From positions 1,728,001 through 1,792,000 of the forward strand of contig OY762825.2 in assembly GCA_963666425.2 (NCBI GenBank): DNA of 64,000 bases, in the 5' to 3' direction. Positions 9,938 through 17,433 of this stretch are shown piece by piece. The notes under the pieces are model-generated. The model worked only from the letters and a program-made list of their open reading frames with translations. It was not told where the DNA came from and made no database searches. Origin of the DNA: Bacillota bacterium (lineage in GTDB: Bacteria > Bacillota > JAAYKD01). Each line of letters opens with the position of its first letter. Within the stretch, counting starts at the first letter, position 1. The translations under genes and the position numbers were made by a program.

Positions 9938-10899
9938 TGCGTGTCACCTCCGGGCAGATACTGCTGGAAGCTCTCCTGGAATAATTGTTCGGAATAGAGT
10001 TCCAGGTCACGCTGCATTTTCAGAAACATCGTTAAGAATTCCGTGCCCTGTACGGTGAGTTGTGAACTGCCGCCGCGATCACCGCCGGGATGGCTATCCA
10101 ATAAATCAAAACCCAATTGGCTCTCGGCCATCTTGATCATCTTCCAACCGGTCGAGTAAGACATCGAGAGCAGTTTGCAGGCGGCACTCAAAGAGCCGGC
10201 CAAAGCGATTTTTTCCAATAAAACGGCGGTATCATCCTGAAAAAATACTTCCCGTCGGCTGAAAGAGAGCTGCACGCTGCAAGTGACCGGATTAGTCTGC
10301 GACATTGCCGCAGCATAGAGTTTCAGGCGCTGATAATCTTCCGGCCGATCGGCATCCAGGGTCATGCCCAAATCCGGCAACTCAATCGTTTCTTTGCTGC
10401 ATTCAAGCGAGGCCAGGGCAGCCTGTAAACCACCGTCGCCTTTGAATTGCAACAGGTCATGGATGATGCCGTTCTGCAGCAGCACAGGGTGGCCGGAGCG
10501 GCCTTTGTGGCTGGGAAACAGAATGGCAGAATGTGAGTAATCCATCAAGCCCATCATTGTCAGTAAAGAGCGTTTGGAGAACAGCGGCACATCGGCGGGC
10601 AGGAAAAAAAAGCGTTCGCAGCGCTCTTGGATCCATTGCAGGCCAAGGCAGGCGGAAAAAAACATATCCGTCGTGCGGTAATCCGGATTATAGAGGCAGG
10701 TAACGTCCAACGGGGCAAGATGATGCTGCAGCCGTTCCGCTTCCCGCCCGGTTATGACCACGATGGGATCGGCACCGGCGGCTTTCAGCGTTTCTATGGC
10801 GGTCTTAATGACGGTGGAACCACCCAGCTGCAGCATGGGTTTGAATGATTTCATGCGGGAAGATAAGCCTGCTGCGACAATGACTGCTCCGGTCTTCAT
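9934..10899 (-). CDS. MocA/MobA-like nucleotidyltransferase fused to a C-terminal ModE-type winged HTH
   Basis: VIVAAGLSSRMKSFKPML, FFLPADVP, GHPVLL and DADRPEDY, then LLEKIALAGSLSAACKLLSMSYSTGWKMIK...GGDRGGSSQLT. Start at ATG 10899 with AGGAGG RBS. Confidence 0.85.
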   Translation of the reverse strand: MKTGAVIVAAGLSSRMKSFKPMLQLGGSTVIKTAIETLKAAGADPIVVITGREAERLQHHLAPLDVTCLYNPDYRTTDMFFSACLGLQWIQERCERFFFLPADVPLFSKRSLLTMMGLMDYSHSAILFPSHKGRSGHPVLLQNGIIHDLLQFKGDGGLQAALASLECSKETIELPDLGMTLDADRPEDYQRLKLYAAAMSQTNPVTCSVQLSFSRREVFFQDDTAVLLEKIALAGSLSAACKLLSMSYSTGWKMIKMAESQLGFDLLDSHPGGDRGGSSQLTVQGTEFLTMFLKMQRDLELYSEQLFQESFQQYLPGGDTQ

Positions 10900-10921
10900 A
10901 AGTAACCTCCTATCGAGTGAT

Positions 10922-10939
10922 ATCGTAAAACATAACGAT
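10922..10939. promoter_or_regulatory. Candidate ModE-type operator
   Basis: Imperfect palindrome ATCGTTATGTTTTACGAT (minus strand) about 22 bp upstream of the MocA-ModE start. Confidence 0.5.
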
Positions 10940-10950
10940 GGCAGAAAGGG

Positions 10951-10974
10951 TCCCGGCAGGCGTTTCTGCCGGGA
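10951..10974 (-). terminator. GC-rich hairpin, likely terminator after the C-GCAxxG-C-C gene
   Basis: TCCCGGCAG-N6-CTGCCGGGA followed by CCCTTTCT (weak U-tract) on the minus strand. Confidence 0.45.
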
Positions 10975-10990
10975 AGAGATCAGCTTTAGT

Positions 10991-11419
10991 TTATAACAGC
11001 TGCGGCAGCGTGTCAATTACAAAAGCCATGATCGCGGGACAAATTTCCTGGGCTTGACCAGACTCCGACAGCCGCGCTTTTTGCTGTGGATCGGAAAGGT
11101 TGCTTTTTAGAATTTCCCGGCAGGTAAGACCGGGATACTCTTCCAGGAAATATTCCTGCAGGCGGCTGACTTTTGCTTTCAGCATGGCTTTTTGCTCTGT
11201 TGGCGCGCTGGTGCTGTTGCCGTAGCGTAAACCTAAAACCATCACGGCAGCGGCATAGGCGCCGCAAACCTCACCGCAGTAGAGACCGCCGCCAAATCCA
11301 GCCGCCAGGCGGCGAGCCATGTCGGCAGAGAGGCCAAGTTGTTCAGCGAAGGCGGCCAACACGATTTGGGCACAGTTGAAACCGAGGGCATGCTGCTGAT
11401 TCACGTAGGTGAGACTCAT
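10991..11419 (-). CDS. C-GCAxxG-C-C family putative redox protein
   Basis: GFNCAQ...GFGGGLYCGEVCGA...LTCREI...ICPAI. Confidence 0.85.
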   Translation of the reverse strand: MSLTYVNQQHALGFNCAQIVLAAFAEQLGLSADMARRLAAGFGGGLYCGEVCGAYAAAVMVLGLRYGNSTSAPTEQKAMLKAKVSRLQEYFLEEYPGLTCREILKSNLSDPQQKARLSESGQAQEICPAIMAFVIDTLPQLL

Positions 11420-11422
11420 GGC

Positions 11423-11734
11423 TTACTCCCGATAAGAACAGCAGTAATCGGTGACGGTTTGCACTTTCAATTGAAAACGGGAATTGGCGGCAACGGTAAA
11501 CTGACTGTCTGCTTCATAACGCCGGTATTCTGTTTCTCCGGGTAAGCGTACATCGACCGTGCCGGCTAAAATCTGCATCAGTTCTTCGGCTGCAGTGGCA
11601 AATTCGTATTCACCCGGCAAAAAAATACCTAGAGTTTTGCGTTCGCCCTGGGCGGTAAAGAAGGTGCGGCTGCTGACTTTGCCATCAAAATAGATATTGG
11701 CTTTGGCAATTAGGGTGACATTTTTAAATTCCAT
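11423..11734 (-). CDS. ppnP: Pyrimidine/purine nucleoside phosphorylase (DUF1255)
   Basis: KANIYFDGKVSSR...KTLGIFLPGEYEF.T...ELM...DYCCSY. Start at ATG 11734. Confidence 0.88.
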   Translation of the reverse strand: MEFKNVTLIAKANIYFDGKVSSRTFFTAQGERKTLGIFLPGEYEFATAAEELMQILAGTVDVRLPGETEYRRYEADSQFTVAANSRFQLKVQTVTDYCCSYRE

Positions 11735-11747
11735 AATTCTTTCCTCC

Positions 11748-12893
11748 TTAAAAAATCTTTCGTTTTCCGGCATCGCAATCGAGCTTACCGATGGTAATCT
11801 GAATCGGAAATTCCCGCTGCAGAGCAGTAAAAATACGGTCTTGTATTTGCTGCGGGCTGAGTAAGGTATCGAGTATGAGGTGTAAGTGATCCTGCTGCCG
11901 TTCTGCCCGGTAATTCTTTACCTCGGGTAGAGAAAAGACGGCTTGGTCCAGCTCATGCACCATCAGCCAGCCCCAAAGTTTTTCCTGCCGCAGCCGCGTT
12001 TGTTCTTCATCCAGGCGATAAGGATAGATGTCTGGCAGCAGGCGGCCGCGATCTCCGGTGCGGTAGCGCAGCAGCGGCATGGCTTCCCGCTGCAGTGTGG
12101 TCAGCACGATTTCACCCCAGTCACCCGGCCGTAAAAGCGTATCGCTGTTGGGATCGGCAATTTCCAGCTTGATGTACGGGTGGCAGATTTGCAGGCCGGG
12201 TCCGTTTTGACAGCGCACCGCGCAGCCAAAGCCGCTTTCGGTCAGACCATAATGCGGATGTGTGCGGCAATGCCAGGTTTGCTCCAATTCACGCAGCAGC
12301 CAGGTAGGTGTATTATCGCCGGTCACCAGCAACGATTTAGGCCGCAGCTGCGGTGCGGCGCGGCTGAGAACCAGCAGGGGAATGGGATAACCGGCCAGAC
12401 AATCCGCGTTTTGGGCAGCAAGCGCTGCTGCTGCCGGATTGGTGATAAAGCCATAGGCTTTGGCCTTTCCGCCAAAACTTGTAATCGCCTGCTCCAGTAA
12501 ATCGCCCACGCTGTGCTCCGTGGCGCCGGGGAGAAAGAGAACAGCCGTTTCACCGGGCTGCATCAACTCCCGCATACCTGCCGAAAAATATTCGATGGTG
12601 TGCAGCAAATCTCTTTTAGAAAAAAAGAGGCGTTTGGCTTGGCCGGTGGTACCGGAAGTGGGCAGCGTGGTGATGCGCGCCACCTGCCGCGGCGGGATGC
12701 AGAGAAAGCGCTGCGGATCCGCAATCAATTGGGCGGCGGTGGTGAAGGATGGAATATCTTGCGCGTAAAAATTCGAACGCTGCGCCTGCTTTATCTGCCG
12801 CTGCAGTGCCTGTTGCTGCCAGGCTTCGAGTGCTTGGAAGTCTGCAATTTGGCAATGCTGCAGCGTCCAATTTTCCACAAAAGATAGGCTCAT
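11748..12893 (-). CDS. Phenylacetate-CoA-ligase-like AMP-dependent ligase (DVU_1553-like)
   Basis: TLPTSGTTGQAKR, HYGLTESG and GEIVLTTLQREAMPLLRYRTGD motifs. Confidence 0.82.
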   Translation of the reverse strand: MSLSFVENWTLQHCQIADFQALEAWQQQALQRQIKQAQRSNFYAQDIPSFTTAAQLIADPQRFLCIPPRQVARITTLPTSGTTGQAKRLFFSKRDLLHTIEYFSAGMRELMQPGETAVLFLPGATEHSVGDLLEQAITSFGGKAKAYGFITNPAAAALAAQNADCLAGYPIPLLVLSRAAPQLRPKSLLVTGDNTPTWLLRELEQTWHCRTHPHYGLTESGFGCAVRCQNGPGLQICHPYIKLEIADPNSDTLLRPGDWGEIVLTTLQREAMPLLRYRTGDRGRLLPDIYPYRLDEEQTRLRQEKLWGWLMVHELDQAVFSLPEVKNYRAERQQDHLHLILDTLLSPQQIQDRIFTALQREFPIQITIGKLDCDAGKRKIF

Positions 12894-13483
12894 GACACTC
12901 CCTCCAAGATTGCCAAAAAATAGCCGCATTTAGCCTGATGTAAAGCCGTTCGGTCCAGTTCGGTGTAGATTTGCTGACTGCCCCGCTCCAGAATCCATTG
13001 TCCCCAGAACTGCGGCAGCTCTGCGGAATGATCCTGCCAGCTGAGAAGTCTAAAACCGGCGGCTTGGAAGCGCTGCAGCAGGGTGGAGTGGCTTTCCATT
13101 CGGCCCAGCACACCGGAAAAGTCGGCGGGCTGGCCACGGGCGTAAAAATCAGAGATCAGCAATTTCCCGTCTGCTTTTAAGACACGGTGGGCTTCGCTCA
13201 AAGCAAGCTCCGGAGCAGTGATTTTAGAAAAGCTGCATTCGAACAGCAGACCATCAAAGCTGCTCTGCGCAAAAGGCAGAGCGGCGGCATCCGCCTGCAT
13301 CACACCGGCAGCAGGCAGCAAATCTACCCCAATCGCCTGATAGCCTAAATCCGTCAGCAAGGCAACGGTAGCGCCTGTACCGCAGCCGATATCCAAAAGA
13401 CGGGCTGCCGGAGGAAATTGACTGGTTGCCAAACCCTGGCGGGTCAAAGCCAAGCCACCCGGACGGCAGACGCTCAGTTCCAT
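12890..13483 (-). CDS. Class I SAM-dependent methyltransferase (DVU_1556-like)
   Basis: RPGGLALT, LLDIGCGTG, ADAAALPF...FDGLLFECSFS. Confidence 0.85.
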   Translation of the reverse strand: MELSVCRPGGLALTRQGLATSQFPPAARLLDIGCGTGATVALLTDLGYQAIGVDLLPAAGVMQADAAALPFAQSSFDGLLFECSFSKITAPELALSEAHRVLKADGKLLISDFYARGQPADFSGVLGRMESHSTLLQRFQAAGFRLLSWQDHSAELPQFWGQWILERGSQQIYTELDRTALHQAKCGYFLAILEGVS

Positions 13484-14829
13484 GGCGTTAAGTAGTGGGC
13501 GCAGAAGGGGATCAATTTGCCTTGAGCGTAAACATGCAGGCTGCAGCGCTGCAGGCGTTCCAGATCGATCGTACCGGCATCCTGAAAGGCCATGGCGGTG
13601 ATCGTGAAGCCATGCGAACGCACGCGTTGGGCGAAATAATCCAAATCCTGCAGATCTCCGGGCTTGCCGTCTGGCGGACGCGCTGCCGGGCTATGTTGCC
13701 GCAGTAAGTTCGTTTTCTTGCTCTGCGGTGCTTCGCTGTTTGGGAAAACCGATTTTTCCCGCAGCCAGCGTCGGGCAACGAAATTGCGATTCTGTGCCGC
13801 TGTCGCCGGTTTGGCGCCAGCGCAGCTGCAGTTGGGGGCTGCCTGAGAAAGAGCTCTTGGCTGCTGGTTTTCGTCGATCACGAAGTCACCGTGGAAACCA
13901 CAGAGCGGATGGTCGCAGCGGGAAGGAAGCAAATTCTTCACTTTTACCTGACCAGTCGTCTGCCGTTCGATTTCCACGAGCAAGCTATCCAGAGTCAGGC
14001 GGTCTTCGTCTTGCGGCGGCTGCGGAATGCGGCCGAAATAGCTGACAGGCTGAAAGTGCACGCCGCGGATGGCCGGGGAGTTGGCAAAAGCAAACTGCAG
14101 CATGCTGCCGATGGCATCGACGTTCACCCCCGGTACCAGAGTCGGCACCAGTGTGACACCAATCTGTTCCGCAGCACAATTTTTGATGGCCTGCAGTTTT
14201 CGTTCCAGCAGCGGCTTACCGCGCAATTGCTGATAAATGCTGTCCTGCAGACCGTCGAATTGCAAAAAAACAAAAGATAAACCCGCTTCGGCAAGCGCAT
14301 GAACATAAGCGGGGGATTCAGCCAAACGAATGCCGTTGCTATTCAGTTGGATATAACGAATACCGGCGCTTTTAGCTGCGGCAATGATTTGCGGCAAGTC
14401 GTCGCGCAGGGTTGGCTCTCCGCCGGACAGTTGCAGCAGCATCTGACCCGGTTCAGCGATTTTTTGCATGGCGTCCAGCAATTCCGCAAAGGCAACATCG
14501 CTGCCACCGCCGCCCGCAGCGAAGCAAAAAGGGCAGAGCAGATTACAGCGTCCGGTCACTTCCAAAACCACACAGCAGGTTCCCTGCCGATGTTCGCCAC
14601 AAAGGCCGCAGGCAGTGGGGCAGGGAGGCGCTTGCTCCAGTTCCGGCAAATTACCGCGCCATTTGTCGATATCAAGTTGGTTGCGCCAAATCGGCGCCGA
14701 AAAAAACCCGTGTTGGGGGCACGTTTTTTGCAAGGTAATTTCTCCGTGTTCATCCTGCACCTGTTCGGCCGGCAGCTGCCGCAGACAGACGGGACAGAGA
14801 CTGTAGGTATGGCGGATCACTCTGCCCAT
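13474..14829 (-). CDS. trsS: Radical SAM protein, TrsS-like
   Basis: N-terminal SLCPVC/CPQHG, CPTACGLCGEH, radical SAM CNLLCPFC, LSGGEPT, C-terminal AFQD...RLQRC...IPFC. Confidence 0.8.
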   Translation of the reverse strand: MGRVIRHTYSLCPVCLRQLPAEQVQDEHGEITLQKTCPQHGFFSAPIWRNQLDIDKWRGNLPELEQAPPCPTACGLCGEHRQGTCCVVLEVTGRCNLLCPFCFAAGGGGSDVAFAELLDAMQKIAEPGQMLLQLSGGEPTLRDDLPQIIAAAKSAGIRYIQLNSNGIRLAESPAYVHALAEAGLSFVFLQFDGLQDSIYQQLRGKPLLERKLQAIKNCAAEQIGVTLVPTLVPGVNVDAIGSMLQFAFANSPAIRGVHFQPVSYFGRIPQPPQDEDRLTLDSLLVEIERQTTGQVKVKNLLPSRCDHPLCGFHGDFVIDENQQPRALSQAAPNCSCAGAKPATAAQNRNFVARRWLREKSVFPNSEAPQSKKTNLLRQHSPAARPPDGKPGDLQDLDYFAQRVRSHGFTITAMAFQDAGTIDLERLQRCSLHVYAQGKLIPFCAHYLTPWN

Positions 14830-15029
14830 TATTTATCCTCCAGTTCCTGCTCTACTTCCGCCATGCGTCCGCGCGCCAGTTCTTCCGGAATGTAAACCAG
14901 ACCGCAGACGGGGCAGGTGGGAATATCGGTAAAAAAGCTGTGACCCAGATAATGAAAGAACGTTTTTTTCGGCTGCAGCGCTACCTTGCAGCGGTAACAG
15001 ATCAATTTCTTGGCGGTTGGTTCTGGCAT
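14829..15029 (-). CDS. Small CxxC-CxxC protein (DVU_1557-like)
   Basis: ICYRC...YLGHSF...CPVCGLVYIPEELARGRMAEVEQELEDK. Confidence 0.8.
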   Translation of the reverse strand: MPEPTAKKLICYRCKVALQPKKTFFHYLGHSFFTDIPTCPVCGLVYIPEELARGRMAEVEQELEDK

Positions 15030-15030
15030 T

Positions 15031-17247
15031 TTATGATTCTCCTAAGCTCATGCGGTGGCAGTAAGCATTTTCTAAGCAGCAGCCGTCGGCTGTCAATCGG
15101 TATTCGACCCAAAATGTCATTTGTCCGATTTGCAGGTGGCCAAAGCAAAGACCGCTTTCATCCATCGCTTTTTCGCCGCTTGTTTCGCAGTGACGGATCA
15201 CAGCTTCGACATCCTCCAGCAAAATCAAATCACGGTGCAATTTTTCCGTCGTTTCCGGTGTAAGCCGGAGCTGCAGTCGGTTTTCTGACATGGGTGTTTC
15301 CTCCCCGAAAAATTCGTGTAAGAGTGTTTGCTTCAGCAGCCGACGATTCTGGCGGCTCTCGCTGGCTGTGGGTGCCCTGCGATAGGCGGCTTCTTGGTCG
15401 GTGTGCCGGTTGAGAGCAAAGAGCAGATCGAGCAGATGATAGGCCGGTTTGCCCGCTCCGGCAAAAACATCGCGGCAGTTTGCACAGTAGGTGAGATACG
15501 GCAGTTCGCTCCTGGCAGCGCGATCGCGCACGACCGAAGCAAAATAAGCTGGATTGGCAATGGAAACCTGTCCGCCCCAACCACAGCAGAGCGGTAATTC
15601 CGCCTCATCTTCGATTTGGTAACCGGCTCTTTTTACCAAAGCGCGGACGCTCCCGTGTAATTCCGGATCTCCTTCCGATTGACAGGGGTCAAAGACCGCC
15701 AGCCGGGCTGCTTCTGCGGCGGTGATCGGCGGTTGAAAATCGTGCTGTTCCATCACCTGATAGAGCATGCGGCTTTCGATTTCCGGCAGAAATTGCCGGA
15801 AGATACTGCGGCAGCTGACGCAGGCAAAGATGGCAATCGGCCGACCGAAAGCCAGCCATTGCCGTCGGATCTGTTCTACCGTGCTCTGCAGGAGGGCCTG
15901 ATCACCGGCCCAGAGCGCTGGCGCTCCGCAGCAGCCGGTGAAGATTGCCGTATCGGGTTCCACACTTAAAAGATAGCGATAACTCTCCGTGACATAACGC
16001 GGATCCGAACCGCCCAGACGGCAGCCGGGAAAGAAGAAGTAGCTGGTTTTTTTGCTCTGCGCGGCCGGACGAACCAGAGCAGAGTCCGCTCCGTTGGAAA
16101 ACTCCAGATCCCGCAGCCAGAAAGCATGGAAAGGCCAGGGCATGGCGCCTTTTTCCTGCATGCTGCGATGACTTTGTAAGAGAAAAGCGCCGGTATCAAT
16201 GCCTTGCGGACAGACGGTTTTACAGACGTCGCAATGATTGCAGGTTGCGATCAGCCGAGTAGCCACCGTGCCGTTGCCATCCAGCGTACCGGGGTGAATC
16301 GTGACCTCCACCTCTTCCTCGATACGGCCGGGCGATTTGCCGTAATAACGCATCAGGTCACAGTGCTGCAGACAGGCATCGCATTGACATTTCAGACAGC
16401 GCTTGGCTTCTTGGACTGCCTGGTCTCGTGTAAAATCGCCGTCGGTAACAGCGGGCAGCGCCAGGGGAATGGATCTGGCATCCATGACCAGTTTGGTCTC
16501 CTGCCTGGCTTCCGGTGAGCGCATCAGCCCGGTTTTCAGGTAAGCTTCGATCACACCGGCCATCCTCAAGCCGGTGGCAATGGCGTCGGCCGGCTGTTCA
16601 CCGCCGCCCAGAAAAACACCGTCTTGCCCGCTGACTCCAGCCGGGCCGCCAAAACCAAAACGATTGCCCTGTGGACCGATTGCGATATAAATCGCGTCGG
16701 CTGTGATCGTCGCAAGATCAGTAATTTCGCAATTCAGCTTCAGCTCATAATGTTCATAGCTAAATTGCAGCTCGAGATCGGGTAAAAATTGTTCCGGCGG
16801 CAGCAGATCCCAGAGGCAGCCACCGATGCGATTGCTCTTTTCATAGAGGACAACCTCGTACTTGCGGGCGGTCAGCCGCAGCGCACAGGCAAGACCATCC
16901 GGTCCTGCGCCAATGATAGCAATTTTTTTATTTTTCGCCGGCAGCTGATACTGATTTGGTTGGCGATTGGCAGCGTAGGCAACCGCCGCTTGTTCCAATT
17001 TGCCCAGCAGCACAGCTTCGTCTTTTTCTTGGCGGATACAGGCAGCTGCGCAAGGCCGATGGCAGATCTGGGCAACAATCGCCGGAAAGCCGACCGTATT
17101 CTGGAACAGTCGATAAGCACTATTGAAGCTGCCGCGCTGCAGGCGGCTGATCAAGTCGCGCACATCCAGCCCGAAAGGACAGACAGATGAGCAAAACGGT
17201 GGTTCTTCCCGCAGACAATTTTTCAGTGTTTCTTTGAAATCACGCAT
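15031..17247 (-). CDS. Pyridine nucleotide-disulfide oxidoreductase / 4Fe-4S dicluster / CCG-domain protein
   Basis: GltD-like N-terminus (CSSVCP, ICHRPCAAAC, IIGAGPDG), CNHCDVCKTVCP, and CCG motifs (FFPGC, GCCGAP, FDPC, LCCGWGG, YCANC). Confidence 0.85.
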   Translation of the reverse strand: MRDFKETLKNCLREEPPFCSSVCPFGLDVRDLISRLQRGSFNSAYRLFQNTVGFPAIVAQICHRPCAAACIRQEKDEAVLLGKLEQAAVAYAANRQPNQYQLPAKNKKIAIIGAGPDGLACALRLTARKYEVVLYEKSNRIGGCLWDLLPPEQFLPDLELQFSYEHYELKLNCEITDLATITADAIYIAIGPQGNRFGFGGPAGVSGQDGVFLGGGEQPADAIATGLRMAGVIEAYLKTGLMRSPEARQETKLVMDARSIPLALPAVTDGDFTRDQAVQEAKRCLKCQCDACLQHCDLMRYYGKSPGRIEEEVEVTIHPGTLDGNGTVATRLIATCNHCDVCKTVCPQGIDTGAFLLQSHRSMQEKGAMPWPFHAFWLRDLEFSNGADSALVRPAAQSKKTSYFFFPGCRLGGSDPRYVTESYRYLLSVEPDTAIFTGCCGAPALWAGDQALLQSTVEQIRRQWLAFGRPIAIFACVSCRSIFRQFLPEIESRMLYQVMEQHDFQPPITAAEAARLAVFDPCQSEGDPELHGSVRALVKRAGYQIEDEAELPLCCGWGGQVSIANPAYFASVVRDRAARSELPYLTYCANCRDVFAGAGKPAYHLLDLLFALNRHTDQEAAYRRAPTASESRQNRRLLKQTLLHEFFGEETPMSENRLQLRLTPETTEKLHRDLILLEDVEAVIRHCETSGEKAMDESGLCFGHLQIGQMTFWVEYRLTADGCCLENAYCHRMSLGES

Positions 17248-17267
17248 TTTTGCTCCTTTGGCTTGCT

Positions 17268-17311
17268 AAAAAAAGGAGAGGATCATTCACTTTTGTGAAT
17301 CATCCTCTCCT
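17268..17311 (-). terminator. Strong intrinsic terminator between the Mo-enzyme gene and its accessory genes
   Basis: AGGAGAGGATGATTCAC-AAAA-GTGAATGATCCTCTCCT followed by a T-run on the minus strand. Confidence 0.8.
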
Positions 17312-17433
17312 CGTATTTTGAGAAGCGATGAAACGGAAGTGAGTTACACAACCGTTTACAAACGCAGCGGCATAGGGCCTGGCGGCGTCGATTTTTAAGA
17401 TCAACCATTCAGAAGGGGATCAATCTCACCCGT

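Noticed and set aside
10900-10990. Cobalamin riboswitch upstream of the BtuCDF-like transporter operon
   Set aside because: The spacer is only about 90 nt and has no B12-box; it contains a hairpin and a palindrome instead.
10991-17247. Selenocysteine read-through in TrsS, C-GCAxxG-C-C or the oxidoreductase
   Set aside because: The ORFs are full length without in-frame TGA; the trsS TGA overlaps the next gene's start and behaves as a normal stop.
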